From Bugula neritina (Eukaryota; Animalia; Bryozoa): DNA of 64,000 nucleotides. The notes beneath the pieces were generated by a model that saw only the letters and a list, made by a program, of their open reading frames with translations, did no database searches and was not told where the DNA came from. The position numbers and the translations under genes are program-made. The DNA lies in the NCBI GenBank assembly GCA_964035545.1, contig OZ037773.1:4183751-4247750 (forward strand), written 5' to 3'. This document shows, in pieces, positions 24,033-36,318 of this stretch (positions are counted from its first letter, which is position 1; every line of letters starts with the position of its first letter).

Positions 24033-27000
24033 CTACGACATCTTTCGCTTATTATTGGAGAATAATTTTCCCAGCTTATTCTTGCAGTCATCAATAGCCA
24101 CATTCAACTTGTTATACACCCACAACCTGGCATCATCATTGCAGGTGTTGAAGAAATATTTCTCCTGCAATACAAAATAATAAATAAAAGAACATGTATT
24201 AAAATATTAATATACTATTACAATTACTATACATATTACAATAAGCTGATTACATAAAATCTACAAGCGATTTGGAGTTAGCTCTGACAAAATTAGCCAA
24301 CAAAAAATTCAAGAGAAATCATTTCGAAGAATATGGATCATCGAATGAATAAACATGAAACTGAGGAGAATGAAAGCACATGGAAGTACCTTGATTGCAA
24401 TGCCACCACCTGCCAGCAGTATGCCGACTATACGACCTATGAACCCTCCCCAGAAAGAGCCAAACACCGCACCAATGGCAGGAAGTGGAATCAGTAATTG
24501 ACCAATCATAGCGCCGAGAGTTGTAAAGGTCAAGGAAAACACGCTTCCTGTGATAGCTTTATCCTAACAAAGTAAACCAGACAAGAACAATGAAGATAAG
24601 ATACCAGCAACAAGTAACAATGTAATCGTATTTGTAATATGCTCTAACTGTACTTATACTATACTCTAGCTATACTTGTACTTTACTCTAACTGTACTTA
24701 TACTATACTCTAACTGTACTTATACTATACTCTAGCTATACTTATACTATACTCTAGCTATACTTGTACTATACTCTAGCTATACTTAAACTATACTCTA
24801 ACTGTACTAATACTATACTCTAGCTGTACTAAAAAACTTTAGCAGAATTGCAATGAGAAATACATTGAAATTATATAAAATGTATTGAAATTTCCATAAT
24901 TTGATGGTCATAAGTGTGTGATGTACAAGTTGCATGGAGATGGACTTACTTTGGCGTTGTTGTAGTCACGAGTGCTCATGGTGCCCTTGGACATGTGGTA
25001 CTTCCAGTCTAGAATACGGAATGTGAGAAAGGCAGCTTCCACAGGAGATGTCCAACCTAACGCAATGAGAACACAACTCTTAAAGGTTAGCTGATATTAA
25101 AGAGCCCCTGACATGTTACAGTAGTCATGGGTTACCAAAACACTCATATCTTAGCTACTATCTACATACTGTTTTAGGGTTGTATGCCTAAACAATTTTG
25201 TTACATGAATACACTTTTTGCACACATGTCTTGAATTGACTTAGAACTTCCCCATCGATTGCAAATAAGAGTTTCAACAGACTGTGAAGTTTGCAGTGGT
25301 AAAACAAATAGTAATTAATGCTGACTTTCATAGCATGCTGGTCTTAGTTGCTGCAACACGCAGGCACACACCACTGAGAGAGAATAAACTATAAAGGAGA
25401 ATGGTCATCTGCAAGCAACCAGAAATCCTAAACTCTAACGTAATTCGGGATATGTGCTCACAAAATTTAGAATGTAAATGAAAATTTATAAGTAAGTTAC
25501 AGCATGTCATTAGAAGTAGGTTACAGCATGTCATTAGAAGTCGGTTACAGCATGTCATTAGAAGTCGGTTACAGCATGTAAGTAGAAGTAGGTTACAGCA
25601 TGTAAGTAGAAGTAGGTTACAGTATGTAAGTAGAAGTAGGTTAGAGTATGTAAGTAGAAGTAGGTTACAGCATGTAAGTAGAAGTAGGTTACAGTATGTA
25701 AGTAGAAGTAGGTTAGAGTATGTAAGTAGAAGTAGGTTACAGCATGTAAGTAGAAGTAGGTTACAGTATGTAAGTAGAAGTAGGTTAGAGTATGCAAGTA
25801 GAAGTAGGTTACAGCATGTAAGTAGAAGTAGGTTACAGCATGTAAGTAGAAGTAGGTTACAGCATGTCAGTAGAAGTAGGTTACAGCATGTAAGTAGAAG
25901 TAGGTTAGAGTATGCAAGTAGAAGTAAGTTACAGCATGTAAGTAGAAGTAGGTTACAGCATGTAAGTAGAAGTAGGTTACAGCATGTAAGTAGAAGTAGG
26001 TTACAGAATGTCAGTAGAAGTAGGTTACAGCATGTAAGTAGAAGTAGGTTACAGCATGTAAGTAGAAGTAGGTTACAGCATGTAAGTAGAAGTAGGTTAC
26101 AGCATGTCAGTAGAAGTAGGTTACAGCATGTAAGTAAAAGTAAGTTACAGCATGTCAGTAGAAGTAGGTTACAGCATGTAAGTAGAAGTAGGTTACAGTA
26201 TGTAAGTAGAAGTAGGTTACAGTATGTAAGTAGAAGTAGGTTACAGTATGTAAGTAGAAGTAGGTTACAGCATGTAAGTAGAAGTAGGTTAGAGTATGCA
26301 AGTAGAAGTAGGTTACAGCATGTAAGTAGAAGTAGGTTACAGCATGTCAGTAAAAGTAAGTTACAGCATGTAAGTAGAAGTAGGTTACAGCATGTAAGTA
26401 GAAGTAGGTTACAGCATGTAAGTAGAAGTAGGTTACAGAATGTCAGTAGAAGTAGGTTACAGCATGTAAGTAGAAGTAGGTTACAGTATGTAAGTAGAAG
26501 TAGGTTACAGCATGTCAGTAAAAGTAAGTTACAGCATGTCAGTAGAAGTAGGTTACAGCATGTCAGTAGAAGTAGGTTACAGCATGTAAGTAGAAGTAGG
26601 TTACAGTATGTAAGTAGAAGTAGGTTAGAGTATGCAAGTAGAAGTAGGTTACAGCATGTAAGTAGAAGTAGGTTACAGCATGTCAGTAAAAGTAAGTTAC
26701 AGCATGTAAGTAGAAGTAGGTTACAGCATGTAAGTAGAAGTAGGTTACAGCATGTAAGTAGAAGTAGGTTACAGAATGTCAGTAGAAGTAGGTTACAGCA
26801 TGTAAGTAGAAGTAGGTTACAGTATGTAAGTAGAAGTAGGTTACAGCATGTCAGTAAAAGTAAGTTACAGCATGTCAGTAGAAGTAGGTTACAGCATGTC
26901 AGTAGAAGTAGGTTACAGCATGTAAGTAGAAGTAGGTTACAGTATGTAAGTAGAAGTAGGTTACAGCATGTAAGTAGAAGTAGGTTACAGCATGTAAATA

Positions 27001-30000
27001 GAAGTAGGTTACAGCATGTCAGTAAAAGTAAGTTACAGCATGTAAGTAGAAGTAGGTTACAGTATGTAAGTAGAAGTAGGTTACAGTATGTAAGTAGAAG
27101 TAGGTTAGAGTATGCAAGTAGAAGTAGGTTACAGCATGTAAGTAGAAGTAGGTTACAGCATGTCAGTAAAAGTAAGTTACAGCATGTAAGTAGAAGTAGG
27201 TTACAGCATGTAAGTAGAAGTAGGTTACAGTATGTAAGTAGAAGTAGGTTACAGTATGTAAGTAAAAGTAGGTTACAGTATGTAAGTAGAAGTAGGTTAC
27301 AGTATGTAAGTAGAAGTAGGTTAGAGTATGCAAGTAGAAGTAGGTTACAGCATGTAAGTAGAAGTAGGTTACAGTATGTAAGTAGAAGTAGGTTACAGCA
27401 TGTCAGTAAAAGTAAGTTACAGCATGTAAGTAGAAGTAGGTTACAGCATGTAAGTAGAAGTAGGTTACAGCATGTAAGTAGAAGTAGGTTACAGTATGTA
27501 AGTAGAAGTAGGTTACAGCATGTAAGTAGAAGTAGGTTACAGTATGTAAGTAGAAGTAGGTTACAGTATGTAAGTAGAAGTAGGTTAGAGTATGCAAGTA
27601 GAAGTAGGTTACAGCATGTAAGTAGAAGTAGGTTAGAGTAAGTCACGTGTACCGAATGTAGCTGCCCCAGTGCTGAGTATACTGGCCACACTTGCAGACG
27701 CCGTGTGCTGTACCAGTCTGGCAGAGTTCTGCAACACCAACTGCTCCACTCCCATTGTTATGCCATACAACAACTCCTTACATAACTTCATTGACATCCT
27801 ACACAATAGTATATTATATTACACATCCAACTAAATAAAACAGGAGTGGAGGTCAATTAGCAAAAGTCAATATAATTTTTTTTACAATTTTTTTTCAAAA
27901 ATATGATGGAATTTTGTTGAAAGCTTCACCAATATTTACCCCAAAAAACTACATGCAGTAATGAAACTACTGTTGTAGTGGCATATTGTTGCTGATGCAT
28001 ATAGTTATAGTCTGCGGTATAATGCCTATGTGATCAAGCACTGATAGAAGTTGTACAGCCTAACAATAGTAGGTATAGCATACAGTTATAAACTATTATG
28101 GCTATACCTAGCCTAGAATGTAGAGAATCTCAAGGCACTGATCACTTAGAACTTGACTAGCTGATGAGTAACTTAACTACGATGAACAGCAATTATTTCG
28201 AAATATAATTCAAACTCTATTATAAAGATGACATGAGTTTACCAGATGAGTCTAATATGTCTCACCTGGCGCCGATATTTGGGAGTTCGTCTACCATGGC
28301 CGCTACGACCTTCTCTGAGACATTAGCCGTGTCGTACTGCTGGCAATGAGGGGTACCGGTCAACGCCCATCTATAAATAAACACTGCGGAAGTCATAACA
28401 AACTAAACTGATATGTGAGAACCTCATGGAATGCTGCAAACCCACCAACAGAAAGTTAATCTAGTAAACAGTGTTGTTTAACGAGTTGAATTGATATATT
28501 TATTTACAGCGACACAACAAAATAATGTGAGCTCGTGTCTACATATCTTTTATTCTCTTCAACTAAACTTACATTAAGAGTTGTCTTCTGAAATACATTC
28601 ACTCACACAATTTTACTGTTGGTATTTTACAGGAAATTTGTTCCACTTTAACTACCAAAACTCATGCTAAACTTAAGAGCTATTTCTGTAAAGCCGTCAT
28701 GATCGTTGCTATAACATCTCGTAAAACACGACATTCAAGCAAACACAAACCCCAGCTAAATATATAAAAGACAGCTTGTATAAACCTACACGATGCCTTA
28801 ATAAACATTACAATGCATAATTTTTCTATTCCTGTTCATGGCATAAAAGTAACTAAACAAGCTTAATTTTGAAAATGTTCAAATTAACGATTTGTCAAAC
28901 AAGCAACTCAAAATATTAAAAAAGAGAGCAAAACTTTTTATTGTCACAACTCTCATGACATCACAAATAACACAACGCAACCTTATGCTAATGTTGAACT
29001 ACCGATTTCCCGCCATTAAACATACAAGCCTGCAACAAGCTACGATATAGAATATGAGATAAATAGAACAAGTATTGAAGCATCATTAAAATGTTCTGCA
29101 TTTTTATATCACCAAGAAAGAGTGAAATCTGCCAACTTTATTTTGCATAAATAAATTTCACTTTGGTTAAATAATTCCTAAATAATGCCATTTTTTAGAA
29201 ATTGTCACCTCATGTTACAAAATATGTGTTCACATTGTACAGAAAGCATAATAAATGGAATCAGTGAATCTCGAACTTTCTAATCTTACAAAAAGTTGTT
29301 AAGCAGCAGAAAATCTTTAAGCTGACAAAAGGTGAACTTAAAACAGAAAGCAAAGCAACAAAGGTGATGCAACTCTATAGAAACCGAGATATTACCGAAC
29401 CATACAAGGGAAGGAGAAAACACTGAAACAAACAATATAAAATATTAATAATAGTAATGTAAGATACATGCACTGACTAATTTTTATTATAATCAACAGT
29501 ATATAGAATAGAATAGAGTGCAGAGAAAAGCTACATTCATGCTGTGAGAATGAGTCATTGCTTACATAAAAAAACTGTTCAACAACTAAGCTTTACCATT
29601 AAACTGGATAGATCGGCACTTACTGACACTTCTTGACACTCATAGGCACTCACTGACACCTACTGTCACTCACTGACACTCATCCACACTCACTGAAATT
29701 TATCCGCACTCGCTGGCGCTTACTGACACTCAGTGACAGGTGTCACAACAAAAACTGTGAATATATCTATTGTTTAGAGCCACTTACGGAGGTTTTTAAA
29801 ACCTTAGTCAGTAAATATTTTTAAATTTAACCTCAGATATAAATACTTTATTAATTTGTGAGACGGACAGACAGACATAATGCCTGCTGCTGAGTCAAGT
29901 ACCTCACAAAATGTTCACAGTTGTTGTACGTTATGCCATATCTGTTCTCCCCAATTCGGCCTCTCGCTCTCTCCACGATGCCGTCAATCACGTTGCTGTC

Positions 30001-32284
30001 GGTGGGGTAGCCAGGGTCAGCCACGTAGTACAAGTTATTCGGAATGTCAAAGTAATGAGAGTCTTTAAGCTCTACACTTTCTTCAAACACCTGTGACACC
30101 ATGTCACCATGTAGTTTATCTGACAACTAGTCATGATGTCAGCCAGAGTGGAAAGGTTTGATTAGGTTAACTTACATTTCTCCATTACTGCAGCTAAGAT
30201 CACTTGGTAATGTTCAACTAATTCTAAGTATGCTAGCAAGCAATGTTAGTGAAAACAAGAACAAGTTCTTATCGGCAAAACATTTTACCCAACATAATAT
30301 TTCAGTATATTACCATTGCATATCGTTTAGCTTAATATAATATTATAGCATAGACAATATAATATTATATTATATATACAATAATAATAATATATTATAT
30401 ATATGTGATATAATAGTATATATAATAAATTATCATATTATATATAACATAGCATGCACAAATATTAGGGAATCGCGTCAAAATAGTCTTTTCAATAACA
30501 TATTGGTTTGGAAAGTTGCAGTGAAAAATTTACAGGCTTGCAATGAAAACTTGGAATGCATGCTTTTGAGTCTCTACAGAAAATTTAGGAGCAGTAGTCG
30601 AGAAATTAAGATAGCCTAAGTTCTTTAATTTTATTAAACAATTTTGGTTTGGGGTCCGGGTTGAAATTCTCCCAAGAACATAACTCCTTTTGCTACATTT
30701 CTAATCTGGAACACAGGCCTTTTTTCAATTTCTCCATTACTGCACCTACCTCTTACAGAATACTTTATCCACAAACAAGCATAATAACATATTAGTACAA
30801 GCATGCATTTACATTACCAGCATATGAATATCACATTTAATTACTGACTGAATATATTATTAAGTGGCTGTTGAATTTTAAAGCAAAGTGACTTACGTGA
30901 CCAAATATTTTAGATCCACTTTTTAGAAACACCCCAGCTTCTCCGTTATAATGAATGATGAATACTTGACTGTGTTTTATTTCTACAAAATTGAAATTCA
31001 GTAAAACAGTAGCAGCCCTAACTCAGTAGTAAACATTTACTGATGAATAGTCAAAATTATACTGTTTAGTAGAGGCTGACAAATCACACATCAGTGAAAT
31101 AACAAGTAGTAAAGCCACAAGAAATAGGTAGATTTTCACACAGACGCAACTTTACTTTCAGGTAATGAAACTACAAAATAATGTATTTGTAAACATTTAT
31201 CTACCAATAATATATTCCTAGACCTAAATTTAACCCATATTCCCTAGTGAGACCACATATATAACAGAGACACTGCTGGTTACATTGCTCTGCTTTATTG
31301 GAATGGCAGCTCCTGATAACGAATTTGTAGTTGTGGTTTGCATGAACTCATGATTGTGGTCTCATTCAATGCGACATGAATGAAAAATCCATTCCCATAA
31401 TGCAAAGCTTGGAAACTTAGTGATAGGCAAGTCAGACAAGATATGTCAATGATGACTCATGAGACAATGACATCAACATAAACAGCGGGTAGAGGTCAAA
31501 GTACAAACTATATATATATCCTATATCCTATAGACAAAGCATGTTATCTGAAATCATATCAATATAATACAACATTAAAACACTTGATTAACCACTAATT
31601 GTTTGTTTGTCACGAGAGAAACTATTCAAATGGAATATAAAGGAGATAATATGAAATATTGCGCAATAAAATGTACTTTGAACTTTGGAGACACTGGTAG
31701 CTGGGAGAGTTGGTTAGTTGATGTATGTCCTAACCTATACTTTACATCAACATCAGAAATTTATATAATAATTTGTTGCTGGGGGGGGGGGGGTTCAACA
31801 CACCATAATTGCTGTTTATAATATTAGAGATCAACTGCTATTAAAACAAACCCTAGATATCAATGTGACAAATCAAAGTCATCTATATAATATTATTGTG
31901 AAACAAAACATAGAATAATGGCCTAGTATTGGTTCAACTAGAAACACATTACTGTATTGGGGAGGGTAGGTACAGCAATGTAGAAATTGGGAAACGCCTC
32001 TGTTCTCCAGTAGATGAAAAATACATATGCTTTTGTGAGAATCTTAACTCACGCCCCAAAACAGAATATATAAACACAATTAAAGACCCAAATTCCATGA
32101 CTGCACTTGAATAGATTGGGACAGAATAGTGAATTACTTGGTCACCTGATATAAGAAAGTGATGAAAGAGATAGAAGCCAAGATACTTTCTCCTGATAGC
32201 ATAATGTTGTCCTACTTTAAGGGTGGCCCGAAACTTCCCCCAATCTGTTACTTTATATGAATGTTTTGGTTCCCGGGTTGTATC
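24033..32284 (-). CDS. LRAT/PLAAT (HRASLS-like, permuted NlpC/P60) protein with C-terminal hydrophobic glycine-zipper; 5' exons unresolved
   Basis: Phase-consistent exons 32146-32284, 30897-30982, 29903-30090, 28266-28370, 27653-27798, 24950-25056, 24390-24563, 24033-24164. Motifs: YLFHHFLI, IIHYNG, IVERARGRIGENRYGITYNNCEHFVRWALTG; tail GAMIGQLLIPLPAIGAVFGSFWGGFIG. Candidate upstream exons near 33140-33238 and 33525-33661. Confidence 0.85.
24640..24830. repeat. ~22-bp minisatellite (tactatactctagctatacttg-like)
   Basis: About 8 imperfect direct copies, intronic. Confidence 0.85.
25487..27641. repeat. 24-bp minisatellite, ~90 units (agtagaagtaggttacagcatgta)
   Basis: Directly visible; lies in the LRAT intron 25057-27652. 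Confidence 0.98.
29617..29737. repeat. Degenerate ~11-bp repeat (cactcactga)
   Basis: About 10 imperfect copies in an LRAT intron. Confidence 0.7.
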
Positions 32285-34250
32285 CTGTAACAAGGAGATT
32301 GAACAACCTACAATGCTTTAGATTTTACATAATGAAATCTTTCTTCAGAAGAATTCGGCTATCCCTTCTACACTTATGTACAATTATATTATTATCATAT
32401 TACAATTATATGCCGCCCGATCAGTAAGTGACGAAGAAGGGTGAGAAAAAATAAATATCATATTGCATTCAATTATATGATTAAAATTATATTATATTGA
32501 ATTATATGATTGGTACAATATTTCGCTACACTTAATTAACAATTACTACATTTATTACAATTATATTCAGTTACATGATTTTATTATATTTATCACAAGC
32601 ATTATATAATCACTATTATAATTATTTTATTACCGTTACAATCATTAGTTTATATTATACTTTATTGCAGTTGTTTGAGTCCTGAGTATTAAGTCATTGG
32701 CTGAATAAAATGCAAAAGAAAACCAGAAACGAATTGCTATGATGTCTCTCAGGGTGCTTCTCATAAAACTTAAAGTTACAAATCAATGAGTTGAAACTCA
32801 ACATTTTTTGAACTCGAGTGACACAAGTGTATAATCTAAAAATAATATAACCTGTGTTCTACAAGCAAATACTCTGTTCTCATCAAAATTACAAGTCACA
32901 TCCCAAACAAAATTAGTAAAAAAATTGACATACTTAGGTTATTTAAATATTTCAGGTATTCAACCCAACATATTGAACCAATGACATTATAGGGAAATTT
33001 GATAACCTATTACTTGGTTAACTCAATGCAATTCAGACTACATTTCTCACCTTTCTATACCATACTGATAGTTATATATTTGCTCCAAAATATATATAAC
33101 AATTTGTCATTGTATTCAACTTCTGTATTTATCACTTACTATGAGGTCAGCTCCTAGTTGAACATTAGCGTGTACTGCTCGGGGAGGTAACTTGTATTTC
33201 TTCCGAACACTTGATTTTCTTGTATATTTTCTGTACAGTCTGAGTTGAAAAATAACGTAAATTAACATAAAATTAATAAACTAAAACTCACTAAATATTT
33301 ACCAATAAAATTATTAAAATTTAAGTTATTATGAGTAGCAGAAGAAAAATTATCATAGCATGTTTGTGAAAGAACGCAAACATTCATTTTAAAGACGACT
33401 AACATTTGAATATGAAAGACAGGTAAACTATTTACATTCAAGCAATGGTAATAGATGAAATTAAACATGGAGAAATTATTTTTATAATAAATAAATAAGT
33501 CATAATTTAGCACAAGTAACTTGCCTGAACTTCCAAATAGAAGAGAACAGCTTTGCTATAGACATAATGGCAATGAAAACTAAAATGTTCCAGATGATTT
33601 CGTCCTTGAATCCACTCGATTTTATTTCTGTTAGAGGCCATTTCTCTACCATCTTGAGAATCTGTAAAATATTAAACATATAATCATCTATATTTAGAAC
33701 CGACTTATATATAACAAATCTGCCACATGGCGAACCAAAGACAAAAGTTTTAACTGAATATACTGGGTTCTTTTCATTTTACTAATCATACTTTTATTAT
33801 TTCTACTTTTGTACTTGTAGTGTTGAACTCAGCAAGATTGTGTATTACTGAGTAAACATACAATGAAAACAAGTATAACATAAAAATCAGTCAGCGTCCT
33901 TACACTAACATAAGAGTGACTATCAACATCACTTTATGAATAGACTATCATTATGATAAAAATAATAACAGCATGATACTTGTTTTCTCTGAATTACATG
34001 CGAAAAGAAATTCATATATACTCATAATTATAATAATATAAACAGTTTGATTCAGATTACATTTACTTACAGTTACACTATAAAAATAAAACTAATAGTA
34101 ATACCAATACTAATAGGATAAGGAAAAGGCAAGCTTTTTCAAAATGGAAATGGAAATAAAAAGCCAAGCCCACTGGTAAAGTGGAAGACTTAGAGCCGAA
34201 CACTGAAGTCGACCTCAGCCTGAGCCCTAGGGCTACTGCTAGAGCCTAAA

Positions 34251-34399
34251 ATAACTTTAACAATCAGTATAAGAATCACAATGAGTTTCAATGACAACCA
34301 GTACGAGTATCACACTCACAGTGATTCACTGTGAGTGTGATACTCATACTGGTTGTCAGTGAAACTCATTGTGATTCTTATACTAATTCTTAAAGTTAT
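34251..34399. repeat. 149-bp near-perfect palindrome (74-bp arms, 1-nt centre at 34325)
   Basis: ataactttaa...tatcacactcacagtga-t-tcactgtgagtgtgata...ttaaagttat; only a few mismatches. Confidence 0.92.
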
Positions 34400-36318
34400 T
34401 CTAGTGAATAACTATAGGTATAACTATAACTATAAGCACTAGCATGCAACTACTACTAGTACTAGTACTACAGCTAACTTTAACTCTTAAACTTAGTTTA
34501 ACTAGCAATAACATTAAGAGTCACTTAATCTTAATCTTATAGTTATTAACACTAACTCTAGTAAACTCAGTAAAGTACTAGTATTTTCAATTTTCATTAT
34601 TTGCTCAACTCAAGTTCAAGTTGAAGTTCGACGATTATGATTATTACTATTAGTATTAGTCATTCAAATTCAATGTCATTATGATTATGATTACCACTAT
34701 CAGTATCAGCCTCATTATTCCAAAAGGTTGGGTTAAACTTATAAAATGATAAACCATGAATTACACGGCCAGCCTGAGTATCTAGATGTTGAACCAAACG
34801 ACTAGCTAGGGTTTAAATATTATATTTATATGTACTATATAATATCTCTGAAGATTAGCCCGTTAGGCGCTCACACCGGGAACTCATCAATAGCTATGAA
34901 CTCGCTTGGAGCAGCATTGGTTTGGGGTGAATAAGTGCAGTTGTTAAAGGGGTGGAGACAACTATGTCAGCAAATAGCCAAATACTCTACGTAGTCACCC
35001 CTAACCCAGTGCTCCTTATGAAGGCTTTTTTATCACATAATTTCTTAACCTGGGCTCCAGGAAGCTTCTACACAAAATATAAGTTACCGCTTTCTCTATT
35101 TACGTGTTTTAAATAACTAGAACGCTACTAATTTAATGTACCCATTTCATTCACTTGTTACAGCTTCTTTGTCAATTCTTATTGGACCCAAGTGACAGCG
35201 CTAACAATTAAATCTCCAATAAAACTCTCAACCATTCTTGATGAAATTACAACTTTTTTTAGTTTCATGTTTATGTTAAAATAAAATTTGTATATCACTA
35301 CAAGTTGAGTGAAAATATTTGACTGTATGGTTTATAGTATCTTATTTATTTTTAATTTGTTGTTTCATGAAAGTAAAACTAGAAATAAATTATAAATATT
35401 AAATATAAATTAAAATAGTAATACTTAAGAGTTAAGACCAAGTCTCAAACAAAGCCTAATCAGAGTAATCACTACTACTACTAATACTAATGACTAATAG
35501 TAATCAGTAATTAGTAGTTATTAAAAGTAAAAGTCAATCTAAGACTAATAGTAATAGTAATACTTATAGTTATACTCTTACTATAATTAGAAGTATTAGT
35601 AGTTAAGTCATAGTTATACTAATACTCACTAATGACTGTAAGTGTAACTGTAATGAGTAATGACTGATGAATAATGTCTATCATTATGATCTATAACTAT
35701 AAGTATCATTATCAGTATGAGTGTATCAGTTTGAGATTGAGTATCAGTGTGAGTATCACTGTAATCGCCATCGTCAAGGTATAAACACACCTTGACTCAA
35801 GAGACTTAAAGTTGACTTTATGTATGATACTGATGTACTATTGATTAAATCAATGTTAATAATACATAATGAGAATAATAATGTTTTAATTTGAGAGATC
35901 TCATGCAATTACGTTCGAATTGGTAGAAGTCTAGTATTAGTATTACTATTAGTCAATTCCTATAATAATTAATTATAGCATAATGATAAGTATTACTGTA
36001 ACTATTAACCTTAGTACTAGTAGAAATTAGTGCATAATGATAAGTATCTAACAGTTTAAAAATGTATAAAGATGATAATTTGTAACTATTTTCTAGTTGA
36101 TGTTCACACTTAGCTATACTAAATGAGCATAACTATTTACTGTTGAATTTGAATTGTCTTTAGTTGTTGATGAATTATTATAAATTGTTTCGGAACATTG
36201 GATTCATCATCATTTTGTTGAAAGTTTTTATGTATATCACTGTGCCAATTTACTTACATTACAAATTACATTACAAATCATTATAAATCTTGTAGGTTTG
36301 ATGAAACTATGAACAAGC

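Noticed and set aside
25487-27641. CRISPR-like array
   Set aside because: Contiguous units with no unique spacers, no cas genes, eukaryotic context.
25328-27691. 787-aa Leu/Cys-rich ORF
   Set aside because: Stop-free frame of a 24-bp minisatellite inside an LRAT intron; starts at GTG out of frame with the real exon.
33140-33661. Definite first coding exons of the LRAT gene
   Set aside because: Exon-like with plausible splice sites (including a possible GC donor), but I could not join them in a consistent open frame.
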